64,000 nt of DNA from a virus (IMGVR_UViG_3300002835_000063:1-64000); one strand, 5' to 3'. Positions 8,063 through 18,505 are shown, counted from the first letter of the stretch. The notes: generated from the letters alone by a model not told the origin. A program made the numbers and translations.

Positions 8063-10409
8063 AGTTTTCCTAAACACTTCTCTATCGGTAACCCTAGCGT
8101 TTTTCTTTCCGCTAGCGACTGCCACCATGTCTTTTGGAGATAATTCCCCCACTCTCCAACAAGCTCAAACGCAACTTGCTGCTGCCCAACAAGAACTTAC
8201 TGAAGCTCAAGCTGAACTAGCTTCTGCCAGCGCCGCAGTCGCCGCGGCCACTACAGCCAGAGATGCTGCTCAAGCAACTTACAGCCAAGCACTAGCGGCA
8301 TGGCAAGCAACTGAAGTTATTACTCCTGGCACTTCAAGCAGTCAAACCGTTAACGTTGTTCAGAACGGAACCTTTGATAGCACAGCTAATTGGACTAGCG
8401 TTGTTGCTAGCAATACTCCATATACAGGTGGCGCAAATCCTATTATCTACAATGGCAAGTTAAAAGGTTCCTACACCTCTGGCTACTACATTTACCAGTC
8501 CGGAACATTCCCGCAGCCAACTAACCAAGTGTCCTTTTCAGTTGATGTTTGGAACTATGACACTAACGATGGCAACAGAGTAAACAACCCTGACTACTAT
8601 CGAATTGAATTTAGAACCTACGCTGCCGACGGCACTCGCTTAAACTACTACAACCTTGAGTGGAACCAGTGGCACAACTATTGGATTACTAGAGGCGCTA
8701 GCTACACCTTGCCCCAGAACGCCGTTACTTGGGACATTGGCTTCAGAATGGCTGACGGTGGCTTCTGGGCAGGCGCTTTTGGCCCAGAGATGGATAACGT
8801 CCAGCTTCTTGCAACATATCAAACTTCGACTCCTCCTACCTACACCTATGGAGAGGCAGAAACAACAGCCAAGAACTCTGCATTCCAAGCACTACAGTCT
8901 GCTCAGGCAGCTTTAGATTCAGCTATTGTTACCCAGACCACAGCACAAAACAGAGTTAACGCAGCCCAAGCAGAGGTAACTAGGCTGACAGATTTGGTTG
9001 CAAGTTTAACTCCAACGCTAAATGCTCCAACTAATTTAACTGCCACTTTAACTGCCACCCACGTTGAACTTTCATGGAGTGCGCCAGTCTCTCACTCATC
9101 TGGAGTTCAAGTAGAGCGATATGCAATCATGTGGTCTACAACCAACTTCACGCAAAACGGTTGGGCATGGTCACACGACCAGACTTCTGTTTCAATTCCA
9201 CTAGAAATTTTAAATTCATACGGAGGACTTGGGAATACTTTTCAATTCAGAATTCGTTCTGATAACGACACTCAAGCTATCTACTCTCAATACTCAAACG
9301 TAGTTTCTGTTGCGACTCCAGCTCCTCCATGGTGGCAACTTGAATTTACCGAAGGACAGCAAGTATCACTTTCTGCTCCAGCAGGTTATAAGTTTGATTC
9401 ACCAATTGGATGGTACGGGTCTCCAACTGACCCAAACTGTGGTGCAACAGTTTCCCCAATATTAAATGGAATTATGAATGGTGCCACCACTGTCAGTTTT
9501 ACTGCAGACAATAATTTGTTTGGCGACCCTTGCGGAGGAGTTGTAAAAGTTTTACGACTCAGTACTCCAGTTACTTTGATTCCATCCCCGGAACCAACAC
9601 CTACTCCGACTCCAACGCCAGTAGAACCAACCCCCACACCAACCCCAACACCAACACCAAGTCCCGAACCCACACCAACTCCTGAGCCAACTCCAACACC
9701 TACTCCAACCCCCGAACCTTCTCCAACACCGACTCCCGAACCAACGCCTGAGCCGACTCCCGAGCCCTCACCCGAACCAACTGAACCTGAACCCACGCCC
9801 GAACCCGAGCCCTCGCCCGAGCCTGAACCAACGGATACTCCTGAGCCCACTCCAACTCCTCAGCCCGAACCCGAGCCGACCACTGAGCCCACTGATCAAC
9901 CAGAACCGTCCCCAGAACCAGAACCAAGCCCAGAGCCAACCCCAGTTGATCCTGAAGAACCGACTGAGCCAGAAGCACCGATAGAACTAGAAGAAGAAAT
10001 TTCATCAGAAAACATTGTTGCACTAGTTGAAGAACTTGTCAATATCGAACCTACCGAGCTAACCGAAGCTCAGGCAGAAGCAATTAAGGAAGCTGCCCTA
10101 GAAGTATTTGCAACAGCAGAACAAGGCTCCCCCGAGTACGAAGCAGCCCTAGACGCGTTACTAGTTGCAGCTCAACAAGATGACATCGTTCTCGATGAAG
10201 CCTTGGCCGCAGTCCCACTACTAGGTGACGTTGCAGGTGCAGCTGTAGAAGTATTCAACGCCTTAGGAAACGCGGGCGCTGATATGTCACCACAGGTTAG
10301 AGAGCAATCAGAAAAGGTTGTTATCGCCGCCGTCATCGTTGGCCAAGTTGCAATGACTGCAACCGCCGCCGCTACTAGCGCAGCAGCGTCTGCAGCAAGG
10401 AGACCATAA
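8040..10409 (+). CDS. Large secreted/surface protein: coiled coil, CBM-like, FN3, SUEL-type lectin-like, PT/PE linker, C-terminal hydrophobic helix
   Basis: Signal-like N-terminus, VQNGTF, APTNLTA...[18 protein letters not shown], long PTPE tract. Confidence 0.7.
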   Translation: MRLSLRSRVFLNTSLSVTLAFFFPLATATMSFGDNSPTLQQAQTQLAAAQQELTEAQAELASASAAVAAATTARDAAQATYSQALAAWQATEVITPGTSSSQTVNVVQNGTFDSTANWTSVVASNTPYTGGANPIIYNGKLKGSYTSGYYIYQSGTFPQPTNQVSFSVDVWNYDTNDGNRVNNPDYYRIEFRTYAADGTRLNYYNLEWNQWHNYWITRGASYTLPQNAVTWDIGFRMADGGFWAGAFGPEMDNVQLLATYQTSTPPTYTYGEAETTAKNSAFQALQSAQAALDSAIVTQTTAQNRVNAAQAEVTRLTDLVASLTPTLNAPTNLTATLTATHVELSWSAPVSHSSGVQVERYAIMWSTTNFTQNGWAWSHDQTSVSIPLEILNSYGGLGNTFQFRIRSDNDTQAIYSQYSNVVSVATPAPPWWQLEFTEGQQVSLSAPAGYKFDSPIGWYGSPTDPNCGATVSPILNGIMNGATTVSFTADNNLFGDPCGGVVKVLRLSTPVTLIPSPEPTPTPTPTPVEPTPTPTPTPTPSPEPTPTPEPTPTPTPTPEPSPTPTPEPTPEPTPEPSPEPTEPEPTPEPEPSPEPEPTDTPEPTPTPQPEPEPTTEPTDQPEPSPEPEPSPEPTPVDPEEPTEPEAPIELEEEISSENIVALVEELVNIEPTELTEAQAEAIKEAALEVFATAEQGSPEYEAALDALLVAAQQDDIVLDEALAAVPLLGDVAGAAVEVFNALGNAGADMSPQVREQSEKVVIAAVIVGQVAMTATAAATSAAASAARRP
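9582..9980 (+). repeat. Pro-Thr/Pro-Glu low-complexity coding repeat
   Basis: (PT)n/(PE)n linker with variable codons. Confidence 0.9.
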
Positions 10410-10822
10410 TGTACGAATACCGAGTCAAGAAAGTTTTAGCGGTTATTGATGGAGACACTATTGATGTCGACATTGATCTAGGTTTTGACATCTCTATCAC
10501 TAAGCGCGTCCGTCTTGCGGGGATAGACACACCGGAGTCCCGCACAGCCGACAAATACGAAAAGTCCCTCGGCCTAGAGTCCAAGGCACTACTAAAGCAA
10601 AAGCTTGCGTCTGCACAAACAATTGTCATTCGCACAGAAAAACCTGACTCATCCGAGAAATACGGAAGAGTTTTGGGGTGGCTCTATCTAGACAACGATG
10701 AGACATCTTTTAACGAAACCATGATTGCCACTGGTTACGCATGGTCCTACCTGGGAGATACCAAAGTCAAAAACTTTGACGAACTAATTCAGAAAAGGAA
10801 AATAAATGGTTCACTTTCTTAA
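10409..10822 (+). CDS. Thermonuclease (SNase-like)
   Basis: VIDGDTI, RVRLAGIDTPES, KYGRVLG. Confidence 0.9.
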   Translation: MYEYRVKKVLAVIDGDTIDVDIDLGFDISITKRVRLAGIDTPESRTADKYEKSLGLESKALLKQKLASAQTIVIRTEKPDSSEKYGRVLGWLYLDNDETSFNETMIATGYAWSYLGDTKVKNFDELIQKRKINGSLS

Positions 10823-10994
10823 GTCACTATTTAAGGACATGATCGACCAGGCTTGGACCCTGCTCGGTATGTTTGTTGCCTGGGTTGTTCTGGAAGGTTC
10901 TGCCAAGGAAGTCGTTGGCATGCTTATCTGGATAACCTTAGGTGTATGGGTACTTACATTCCCGCTGCGTTACGAAAAGGAAGACAAGGAATAA
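10806..10994 (+). CDS. Small two-TM membrane protein
   Basis: Hydrophobic 62 aa ORF overlapping the previous stop. Confidence 0.65.
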   Translation: MVHFLKSLFKDMIDQAWTLLGMFVAWVVLEGSAKEVVGMLIWITLGVWVLTFPLRYEKEDKE

Positions 10995-10997
10995 TCC

Positions 10998-11159
10998 TTG
11001 AACTTTATCAACCTTTCAAACGAGGAAAAGTTTGTATTGGCCGATATGGCTGCCTGCAAGCTCGAGAGAGCCCTCGGTAGAAAGTTGACTCCAGCAGAGT
11101 ATGAAAACTTTGTCTGGGAGTTTATTCAAGATTTATATAAACCTAAACTTGAAGATTAA
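10998..11159 (+). CDS. Hypothetical 53 aa protein
   Basis: TTG start after AAGGA; translated by hand; ends before the terminator. Confidence 0.5.
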   Translation: MNFINLSNEEKFVLADMAACKLERALGRKLTPAEYENFVWEFIQDLYKPKLED

Positions 11160-11165
11160 TAAACT

Positions 11166-11196
11166 AAGCCCCCGCCAAACCGGGGGTTTTGTTTTT
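11166..11196 (+). terminator. Intrinsic terminator
   Basis: GCCCCCG/CGGGGGT stem plus T run. Confidence 0.75.
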
Positions 11197-11211
11197 GGTA
11201 GGATTTAGTTT

Positions 11212-12111
11212 ATGTCTAAAGTTTTAGTTACCGGCGGGGCCGGCTTCATTGGCTCAAACCTTGTAGATCGGCTTATCAATCTTGGTCACGAAGTGGTGGC
11301 AGTAGATAACGAATCTGCCACATCTAATTCTCAGTTTTACTGGAATCCAGAAGCAGAAAATCACAAATTAGATATAACTAATTTAGATTCAATCTCAGAT
11401 CTTTTTTGGGACGTTGACTATGTTTTTCATACAGCTGCCGAAGCTAGAATTCAACACTCTATAGAGAATCCCCTTTTAACTATAAATACAAACATTCTTG
11501 GAACGACTAATGTTTTACAAGCCTCTAGACTTGCAAATGTTAAAAGAGTTATTTACTCAATGACCTCATCAGTTTATGGAAACTCAAATCCCGCTCCTCA
11601 AGTAGAGACTCAGCCTCCAGACTGTCTAAATCCTTATTCCATATCCAAGTATGCAGGAGAACAGCTATGCAAGCTTTATTCAAATCTTTATGGACTAGAA
11701 ACCGCTAGTCTTAGATATTTTAATATTTATGGATATAGGGAACCGTCTAAGGGTCACTACGCTCCAGTTGTTTCAAAATTTATTAAACAACACAAAGCCG
11801 GACAGTTTTTAACTATTATTGGCGACGGAGAACAGCGCAGGGACTTCACACATATTGACGATGCCATAGATGCCAACATTCTTGCCATGACCTGCGAAAC
11901 CCCTCTTTACGGAGAAATATTCAACATAGGAGCTGGACGTAACTTTTCTATAAATGAGTTAGCTCAACTAATCTCTAGCAAATATGAATACCTACCCTTA
12001 CGCCCAGGAGAAGCCAGAGAAACTTTAGCCAACAACACAAAAGCCAAAGAGATCCTTGGTTGGACCCCTACCCGTAAACTAGAGGACTTTGTAGCTCAAT
12101 CATTATCTTAG
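11212..12111 (+). CDS. NAD-dependent nucleotide-sugar epimerase/dehydratase (extended SDR)
   Basis: TGGAGFIG, YSISK, RYFNIYG, RDFTHI. Confidence 0.92.
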   Translation: MSKVLVTGGAGFIGSNLVDRLINLGHEVVAVDNESATSNSQFYWNPEAENHKLDITNLDSISDLFWDVDYVFHTAAEARIQHSIENPLLTINTNILGTTNVLQASRLANVKRVIYSMTSSVYGNSNPAPQVETQPPDCLNPYSISKYAGEQLCKLYSNLYGLETASLRYFNIYGYREPSKGHYAPVVSKFIKQHKAGQFLTIIGDGEQRRDFTHIDDAIDANILAMTCETPLYGEIFNIGAGRNFSINELAQLISSKYEYLPLRPGEARETLANNTKAKEILGWTPTRKLEDFVAQSLS

Positions 12112-12149
12112 CCTTCTAGTAAAATTGAAGTACCGAAAGGACTTTAATT

Positions 12150-13064
12150 ATGACTTGGTTGATGCCATTTCCTGAAAAGACAATCACTGGCGAGTACGGC
12201 ACTCTCTCTGCCTACCGTCGCAAGAACAAGATGCAGCCACACTCTGGCACCGACTGGGCACCTCCAGGTTCGAACAAAGGTAAGACTTTAATTCCTGCTA
12301 TCGCAGATGGAACTATCAAGCTTGTACAATGGAGCAAAGTGTTAGGCTGGGTCGTAGTTCAGACCGCCGCAGATAAAGACGGCAAGATTTGGTTTATCGG
12401 ATATTGCCACCTAGCCTGCAAAAAGTGCGGCATTAATTGCAAAGGCGCTCACGGACCAGAGATTGCGCTAAGCGTTAAAGTCGGCGACAAAGTAACAGCT
12501 GGTGATGTCACTCACGGCATGACGATCGGGAACACGGGCAATGCTTCAAGTGGGGCTCATTTGCATGCAACTCTTGGCAAGGCAGTTAAGGACGTCTTTG
12601 GTCCAACCACTTCAAAGTCCGATCTTAAGAAAGCAATCATCGCTAACAGCGGAGGCGCAGTTGCCCCAAAGGTTGACAAGAAGACTGCTAAAGCAATCAT
12701 CAAAGGCGAAGCTCCAAAGGCAGCAGAACCAGTTGCTACTGAAGTAAAGCCCTTAGTTGCCGATGAGTCGAAAGAACTAACTGTTGACGACTGGAAGAAG
12801 TTCCAAGAAATTCTAAAGCGCGATCACGGCTACACTGGCGCAATCGATGGCAACCCAGGAAAGCAAACTTGGATGGCCATTCAGCGCTCAGTTGCTTCCC
12901 ACGGATACTCAGGTCCAATTGATGGAGATCCTGGAACTAACAGCTATAAGGGCGTCCAAAAGCGCCTAGTTGCTCGCGCTGACTACGAAGGTCGTATTGA
13001 TGGCTCATGGGGGCCCCAGACTATTGCAGCCCTCCGTGGAGCAATCAACTCAAACAAGTATTAA
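12150..13064 (+). CDS. Endolysin: M23 peptidase plus peptidoglycan-binding repeats
   Basis: HSGTD, GNTGNASSGAHLH; three YxGxIDGxxGxxT repeats. Confidence 0.88.
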   Translation: MTWLMPFPEKTITGEYGTLSAYRRKNKMQPHSGTDWAPPGSNKGKTLIPAIADGTIKLVQWSKVLGWVVVQTAADKDGKIWFIGYCHLACKKCGINCKGAHGPEIALSVKVGDKVTAGDVTHGMTIGNTGNASSGAHLHATLGKAVKDVFGPTTSKSDLKKAIIANSGGAVAPKVDKKTAKAIIKGEAPKAAEPVATEVKPLVADESKELTVDDWKKFQEILKRDHGYTGAIDGNPGKQTWMAIQRSVASHGYSGPIDGDPGTNSYKGVQKRLVARADYEGRIDGSWGPQTIAALRGAINSNKY

Positions 13065-13081
13065 TCCCGACAAGGAATAAA

Positions 13082-13120
13082 GAGAAACCCCCGACAAAAC
13101 ATCGGGGGCTTTTCTTATTT
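13082..13120. terminator. Terminator between convergent genes
   Basis: CCCCCGA/TCGGGGG stem with A-rich and T-rich flanks. Confidence 0.75.
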
Positions 13121-13133
13121 ATCGTTTTGTCAT

Positions 13134-14264
13134 TTAGTTAGTTACAGCCAAAACTGCAGTAGCAACGTTGCTTGGGTTCCAAACTCCATTACCGCCAACA
13201 CTTCCACTTAGAACACATTGGCCTACAGTCTTGAAAATAACTTTTGGTCCAACTACCTCACATACTACTGGAGTAGTTGAAGTCACCACAGCCGGAATCT
13301 CGAAACCATTAGCTATAGACTTGCTGGTTGCATTGAAGTGCGCAAACCAGGGCAATCCAATTGGTCCCCAAGTTTTAAGTGAATAGCTTCTCATAAATCT
13401 AGAGAATCCAGCCCCTTGATCGAACTTAGTTGCTAGTTGAATGTTTAAGGTTGTAGCTGATGGATCTACAGTCGGGTAGGTGCTCGGATCAGCAACTACG
13501 CTTCCGCAGGTCCCAAGTTGAGTCTCACCAACGTTTGCGTCATAGATGCTCTCAAAGCAGGTAGTTGATGCAGTACCGCCACCAATTACTCGTGGAAGTA
13601 CGACGTTGGTTGCACCAGTGTTGGCATAAGTCCAGTACTGAGTCGAGTTACAGCCATAGGCATTACATGCAGCCACGTTAATGATGTACATAAATCCAGG
13701 ATCGACTGACAGCGAAGTAAAGGTGTCAGACAAAACAAGCTCGGCCTTAGTGGCGTTTATTGGATTGCCTCTGGTATCAGACTTCCAGTAAGTAACTTTG
13801 TAGCCATACAGCGGAGCACCGCCATTGTTAGGGCTTGGAATCCACGCTACGTCAACCTGAGTACTTGATACAACGCTAGAGGTAGCAATTAGAGGAGCTA
13901 CTGGAATTGATGCAGCAGAAACAGCATTAGACAGGACCGAGGTAGCAACTGGCACACCATTCTTTAGGGTTGCTACAGCAAACCTGTACTGCTGAGTAAA
14001 GCCCAAAGCCCTAGTCGAGAAGGTGCATTCTTTGGCAGCTGCTCTTAAAACTACACAAGTTTGCCCGCCCGGCTGAGCAGTCACTAAATAGCCAGTGACG
14101 CCAGAAACGTCACTAGGGGCCTTCCAGCCCACTTTGTAGCCCAGATCAACTCTGTAGTAGGCGCTGACATCTAGGGCCGCCTGAGAGCTTCCTAGGGCCG
14201 CTACAGGGCTAAATACGCCCATTGAAAGGGCTAAGGTAGTTAGAACTACCGCTGTCTTCTTCAT
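13134..14264 (-). CDS. Secreted fibronectin type III domain protein
   Basis: Signal peptide; two FN3-like repeats (VGWKAP...VTGYLV; VAWIPSPNNGGAPLYGYKV). Confidence 0.75.
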   Translation of the reverse strand: MKKTAVVLTTLALSMGVFSPVAALGSSQAALDVSAYYRVDLGYKVGWKAPSDVSGVTGYLVTAQPGGQTCVVLRAAAKECTFSTRALGFTQQYRFAVATLKNGVPVATSVLSNAVSAASIPVAPLIATSSVVSSTQVDVAWIPSPNNGGAPLYGYKVTYWKSDTRGNPINATKAELVLSDTFTSLSVDPGFMYIINVAACNAYGCNSTQYWTYANTGATNVVLPRVIGGGTASTTCFESIYDANVGETQLGTCGSVVADPSTYPTVDPSATTLNIQLATKFDQGAGFSRFMRSYSLKTWGPIGLPWFAHFNATSKSIANGFEIPAVVTSTTPVVCEVVGPKVIFKTVGQCVLSGSVGGNGVWNPSNVATAVLAVTN

Positions 14265-14293
14265 TCTGTACCTTTCTAGTTCAGATACAGAAA

Positions 14294-14326
14294 AAGATAA
14301 TGGACTCTTTTTAGTTTGTCAAGTCC
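14294..14326 (-). promoter_or_regulatory. Sigma-A-type promoter sharing 16 bp with 35183-35198
   Basis: GGACTTGACAAACTAA; TTGACA-17-TATCTT. Confidence 0.7.
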
Positions 14327-14340
14327 AAATTAAAAGATTT

Positions 14341-14655
14341 TTAAAACCTGGGGGGCGGTGGAGGACCGTCTGGATCCTCATCTTCGTTTCTAGCCCGGTC
14401 TACCGCGTCATCTAGCAGCCTGGCAACGTTTTCTACGATGTCCTCGAAAGAGTCATTTATACGAACAATCTGCCTGTCTCGCATAAACATTTCAATCATT
14501 TCGGCTTTATACATAATCTTGACTAAAGTCTTTTGGTCCCTCTTGCTCAAGTTCTTAAGTAGTGGATTAGCAAGAATCATCATCTGTATTTCATAGAGGT
14601 GACGCTGTTTTTGGAGTTTTCTTAGCTGGCGCTCAGTGGCTCGAATGCTGCTCAT
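14341..14655 (-). CDS. Hypothetical protein
   Basis: 104 aa ORF in a packed operon. Confidence 0.65.
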   Translation of the reverse strand: MSSIRATERQLRKLQKQRHLYEIQMMILANPLLKNLSKRDQKTLVKIMYKAEMIEMFMRDRQIVRINDSFEDIVENVARLLDDAVDRARNEDEDPDGPPPPPRF

Positions 14656-14878
14656 ATTCCTCTATCTTTTCCATAACCCTATAGCAGGTTACATTAACTC
14701 GTACAGAATACCCTAGCCCATAAGGCTGAACATACAAAACCTCAGGGTTATTAGATGTTTCTACGTATTTAACCTTACCAGAAATGCACTCTGGATCTCC
14801 CCAAAACTTAGGGGAAGCAAAATGAACAAAGCTATCTACTAGCTCTGGAATTTGCTCCCTGTCTATAGGGGTTCCCAT
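14633..14878 (-). CDS. Hypothetical protein
   Basis: 81 aa ORF. Confidence 0.6.
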   Translation of the reverse strand: MGTPIDREQIPELVDSFVHFASPKFWGDPECISGKVKYVETSNNPEVLYVQPYGLGYSVRVNVTCYRVMEKIEEYEQHSSH

Positions 14879-14886
14879 AAGATCCC

Positions 14887-15078
14887 CTAAAGATATTTTT
14901 TAGTGATTTTTGTTGAAAGCTCTGATACCCAGTCCTTAGTTGGACCCTCTAAATCTGAATTTTTTTCAACAGCCGAAGATAGTTCATGTAGAGCTTCTGC
15001 AATGCCAGCCTTAAAGCCCTCGTCCCATTTCTTTTGGTCCGCAGCCTGAGATGCGAACATAGGTGGATGATTAGTCAT
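14887..15078 (-). CDS. Hypothetical protein
   Basis: ATG at 15078 with AGGAG RBS. Confidence 0.6.
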   Translation of the reverse strand: MTNHPPMFASQAADQKKWDEGFKAGIAEALHELSSAVEKNSDLEGPTKDWVSELSTKITKKYL

Positions 15079-15117
15079 AGCGCTCCTAAACAAACGTATG
15101 ACCAGTCTACCAGCGAG

Positions 15118-15297
15118 CTATTTCTCTGATTTTTCCCAGGGCAAAAACAGTAACCACTTACTGTCTTGATTAAAAACAAAGTATTTATTCTCAGGCTTGC
15201 TGTAGCTGATAATCTCGTGCTGCCTTAGCCATTCCAAAACTTCTTCGCGTCCCTCTTGACGAAGGCTTTCGTAAGAGACGTTTACTTTTCTGGCCAT
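15118..15297 (-). CDS. Hypothetical 59 aa protein
   Basis: Hand translation MARKVNVSYESLRQEGREEVLEWL...; fills the gap. Confidence 0.55.
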   Translation of the reverse strand: MARKVNVSYESLRQEGREEVLEWLRQHEIISYSKPENKYFVFNQDSKWLLFLPWEKSEK

Positions 15298-15569
15298 TCC
15301 CCGTCCAATACCATCATGGCAATAATGCTGTAGTTAGCTAGATCTAGAAAAGAGTCTTTTAGCGATTCGTTTTCTGGCGTGACTCCCGAATCGATGAGAT
15401 GGTTGATCCGTGAAACCTTGTCATGTATACGTACACGGAGACCATTAAGAGGACCACCGGGAGAGCGACTAATGTTAGTGGGACCGTAATCATTTTGTTT
15501 TTTGACCAAAACGTCTTCAGCGAATTGATAATGCTTGTGCGCGATTTTTCTGAACTCATCTAGATTCAT
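15282..15569 (-). CDS. Nucleotide-modification-associated domain 1 (DUF1599-like) protein
   Basis: KKQNDYG, RIHDKVSRI, ESLKDSFLDLANYSII. Confidence 0.8.
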   Translation of the reverse strand: MNLDEFRKIAHKHYQFAEDVLVKKQNDYGPTNISRSPGGPLNGLRVRIHDKVSRINHLIDSGVTPENESLKDSFLDLANYSIIAMMVLDGEWPEK

Positions 15570-15834
15570 CTTTCCTCAATATTTCTTTTACTAAATCTTT
15601 TGGGCTTGTTTTTACTTCGCTGGGCAATGCCCCGTATTTGTAAAGCAACTTAAGCAGTAGCGTAGCATACAAAAGCTCGTCTAGAAAAGCGACCCCCGGA
15701 AACCAGTCAAAGGGATCTGGCAGAATAATTAGACCAATCAAACCAAGCGTTAAACTCTTAACCCACCACGGGGATCGCTTGTATTGAGCAATGTATGGTT
15801 TAGCTATTCTTTTCGTCCGCTGACCAAGAGTCAT
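15556..15834 (-). CDS. Membrane protein, YkvA/DUF1232-like
   Basis: LPDPFDWFPGVAFLDE resembles PxDxIPxxGxLDD. Confidence 0.55.
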   Translation of the reverse strand: MTLGQRTKRIAKPYIAQYKRSPWWVKSLTLGLIGLIILPDPFDWFPGVAFLDELLYATLLLKLLYKYGALPSEVKTSPKDLVKEILRKDESR

Positions 15835-16297
15835 CGTCCCATACCCACCCTTGTTCAATCCACTCTACTTCAGCTCTTCCTTGTGCGCAGTCATAGCAAA
15901 TGTGCCAAAGCTTTTCGTCTCTGACAGCTCCTAAGTACATACCGCCAGCAGAAGCAACATTGTCTTCAAAATCTAAATGACGATTGCAAACGGCGCATTG
16001 AAACATTTTTTTGCTAGTGAAATCTAAATCGCCACTTTTATCCAATTCAACACGAAATGTTATGCCGTCATACTGAGACTCATACTCAATCAAAGCAGCA
16101 ATAGAGTAGCCGTCTGCATATGCTTCGTTATAAAGATCTTCTTCGTCTTTGGTGGCTATTCTAAAAGAAGTCTCGCCCTCAGCCGCATATGGAATAATTT
16201 CATCCCGCTTCAGCCAAAGCCATTCAACATAAACTTCTCCATCCAGCGGCTCGTAATGCTCAAACCTATAAAGAAATCTTTTTTCGGAGTCTTCCAT
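15800..16297 (-). CDS. Hypothetical protein with Zn ribbon
   Basis: CAVC...CYDC; leaderless TAGTGT. Confidence 0.65.
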   Translation of the reverse strand: MEDSEKRFLYRFEHYEPLDGEVYVEWLWLKRDEIIPYAAEGETSFRIATKDEEDLYNEAYADGYSIAALIEYESQYDGITFRVELDKSGDLDFTSKKMFQCAVCNRHLDFEDNVASAGGMYLGAVRDEKLWHICYDCAQGRAEVEWIEQGWVWDDDSWSADEKNS

Positions 16298-16332
16298 ATC
16301 TACACACTAATACTTACCCACGTGGGCGTCTA

Positions 16333-16686
16333 CTAAAAAAGCTTTTCGTCTTTTTCGATGTAGCCAGGGTATTCTCTGCGGTCCCTAATAATTACGTCTG
16401 AAGCATGAAGATAGGTAGCAGCAACAATTCTTAAGCCGTCAACTTCTAGGGCACCAGGATCTTCCTCAGCCAAATACTTTGCAACCATCTTTGCGTCGCT
16501 AGCTTTGATCTGGAACTCCTCCCAGAAAACTTCCCTGGCGTGTCTAAATCCTTCGGCGTACCCAGTATTGAAAGAAGCTTTGCTGTCCTCTTCTAACGTA
16601 GCCGGATTAACCCTAGGCTTAGCTGGTTTTTCAAATAGGCCCTCTTCGTCAAAAGAGCTGCCACAACCGCAGTTTCCACCGCACAT
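16333..16686 (-). CDS. Hypothetical protein
   Basis: AGGAG RBS; N-terminal CGGNCGC. Confidence 0.65.
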   Translation of the reverse strand: MCGGNCGCGSSFDEEGLFEKPAKPRVNPATLEEDSKASFNTGYAEGFRHAREVFWEEFQIKASDAKMVAKYLAEEDPGALEVDGLRIVAATYLHASDVIIRDRREYPGYIEKDEKLF

Positions 16687-16713
16687 AAATTCTCCTAAGT
16701 CTTTTTAACTATT

Positions 16714-16956
16714 CTAGCTAGCGTCTGAATCCATGTTTTTGAGCAGATGGATGCAGTATTCGAGGCCATCTTCCCACTCAAGATTTGGCTCAACTTTAAG
16801 GGCCCCCCGAGCGTCTGCTATTTCTTTCTTAAGAACGTCTATCAAAAGTTCCCTAAATTGTAGCTCCCCCTCCTTCATCACAACCTTTACTGCAAGCTTC
16901 GTTGCTTCATCTAGGTCCAAAACAATCTCCCGATCAAATTTGTCAAAATACGACAT
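16714..16956 (-). CDS. Hypothetical protein
   Basis: 80 aa ORF, coupled start. Confidence 0.6.
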   Translation of the reverse strand: MSYFDKFDREIVLDLDEATKLAVKVVMKEGELQFRELLIDVLKKEIADARGALKVEPNLEWEDGLEYCIHLLKNMDSDAS

Positions 16957-17051
16957 CAGTATATAAACCTGTCTTTATCGTTGTTTTTCTTTGGAAATAT
17001 AAAGTTTTTTACTTTCTTATACGCCTTCTCGAGGTAGTAAAGAATAATCAT
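16956..17051 (-). CDS. 31 aa microprotein coupled to the carbamoyltransferase
   Basis: MIILYYLEKAYKKVKNFIFPKKNNDKDRFIY; overlaps both neighbours by 1 nt. Confidence 0.6.
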   Translation of the reverse strand: MIILYYLEKAYKKVKNFIFPKKNNDKDRFIY

Positions 17052-18487
17052 TAGCTTATGATCTCCCTGCCATAATATTTGGTCCATTCTTTCACATCAC
17101 TAGCGTCGTTTATTATAGGCTGCCCTTTAATATTCAAACTAGTGTTTAATAGCACTGGTACACCGGTAAGGCTATACCACTTCTGTAATACCTGATATAG
17201 ACCGGGATGCTGCCGGGCAGTTACAGTCTGGACCCTGGCAGTTCCGTCGGCGTGGACCACACTAGGAATTAACTCTGGCTTAAGACATCTAGGCGTGTAC
17301 TGCATGTAAGGCGAAGTGTAGTTCATGTCAAACCACTCGCTAGCATGTTCCTCCATAACCACCGGAGCAAACGGTCTAAACAACTCCCGCTTCTTGATTA
17401 GGTTTACCTTGTCTTTAATATCAGGATCTCTCGGATCCGCCAAGATACTTCGGTTTCCCAATGCCCTCGGACCATACTCAGCTCTACCAGATGCTACTGG
17501 CGCTATCTTGTCGACAATAAGGGCGTTTAGTATTTTCTCTACTGGATAGTCTCCCCCAACCCCATGACCTAAGTACGGCCCCTGCCAATTCAAATGCTTG
17601 CCATACAAAGCTGCAGCAGCCCCTAAAGCCGACCCAGCGTCCCCTGGATTAGGCATGATCCAAACATTTTTAAATATGTTCCGCAGCAGGGTGTTAGCTT
17701 TGCTATTCAAAGCACAGCCGCCCATAAAGACTAGATTCTTTTTTCTAGTAATACTTTTTGCAAACCCCATGAATTCCATGAGACGATCCTCAAATACTTT
17801 TTGTACTGCAGCTGCTAAATCAAATCTAGCCTGACCTTCTACCGGCTCTTTCCAGTCAATAATGCCAGAGTGGAAGTTATATTTTTGACGATCAAAGACT
17901 GGAAAATATTGTCTGACTTTTTCATAATATCTATTGGCATCACCATAGGCTGCCATACCCATCATGATGTACTCTTCTTCATTTGGCTTAAGACCAATTA
18001 GTTTGGTGAAAGCAGAGTAAAAAAGACCGAAGCTAACTGGATATTTTTGCTCCCAGACTAGGTTAATCTTGTCGCCCTCCCCCACCCACACAGTGGAAGT
18101 CTGGAATTCTCCGATGGCGTCTAGCACGACAATAAGGGCGTCTGCCATGTTGGACGTGTAATACCCAGCAGCAGCATGAGACTGGTGGTGCTTAAAATCT
18201 TTTACTGGAATTCCCCTAAGCAATCGGCTCGACTTAAAGTATGGTTTTCCTCCCCCCAACCCACCATGCCTAGCAATCCTTAGCTTCTTTAGCCAGTAGT
18301 CCTCGTAGTAGGCAATCTTGTCGGGGGTCCCATAAGTAAGGGCATCTGCTATAAGAGCATCGTTAGTGAACCAGTCGTTCTTTTCTTTGCTGTAACGCTC
18401 GGCATGACCAGCAAATAGAACTTCGCCATTTTCAATAAGACAAACTGCAGCATCGTGCGTTGTCTCATTTATGCCAAGAATTTTCAT
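17051..18487 (-). CDS. Carbamoyltransferase (NodU/CmcH family)
   Basis: HDAA, HHQSHAA, DAIGE, EYGPRALGNRSIL, RELFRPFAP, LNTSLN. Confidence 0.95.
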   Translation of the reverse strand: MKILGINETTHDAAVCLIENGEVLFAGHAERYSKEKNDWFTNDALIADALTYGTPDKIAYYEDYWLKKLRIARHGGLGGGKPYFKSSRLLRGIPVKDFKHHQSHAAAGYYTSNMADALIVVLDAIGEFQTSTVWVGEGDKINLVWEQKYPVSFGLFYSAFTKLIGLKPNEEEYIMMGMAAYGDANRYYEKVRQYFPVFDRQKYNFHSGIIDWKEPVEGQARFDLAAAVQKVFEDRLMEFMGFAKSITRKKNLVFMGGCALNSKANTLLRNIFKNVWIMPNPGDAGSALGAAAALYGKHLNWQGPYLGHGVGGDYPVEKILNALIVDKIAPVASGRAEYGPRALGNRSILADPRDPDIKDKVNLIKKRELFRPFAPVVMEEHASEWFDMNYTSPYMQYTPRCLKPELIPSVVHADGTARVQTVTARQHPGLYQVLQKWYSLTGVPVLLNTSLNIKGQPIINDASDVKEWTKYYGREIIS

Positions 18488-18505
18488 TTTGGCTACTAAC
18501 TCAAG

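Noticed and set aside
9386-10023. Antisense GS/GV-rich ORFs
   Set aside because: Mirror of the PT/PE linker
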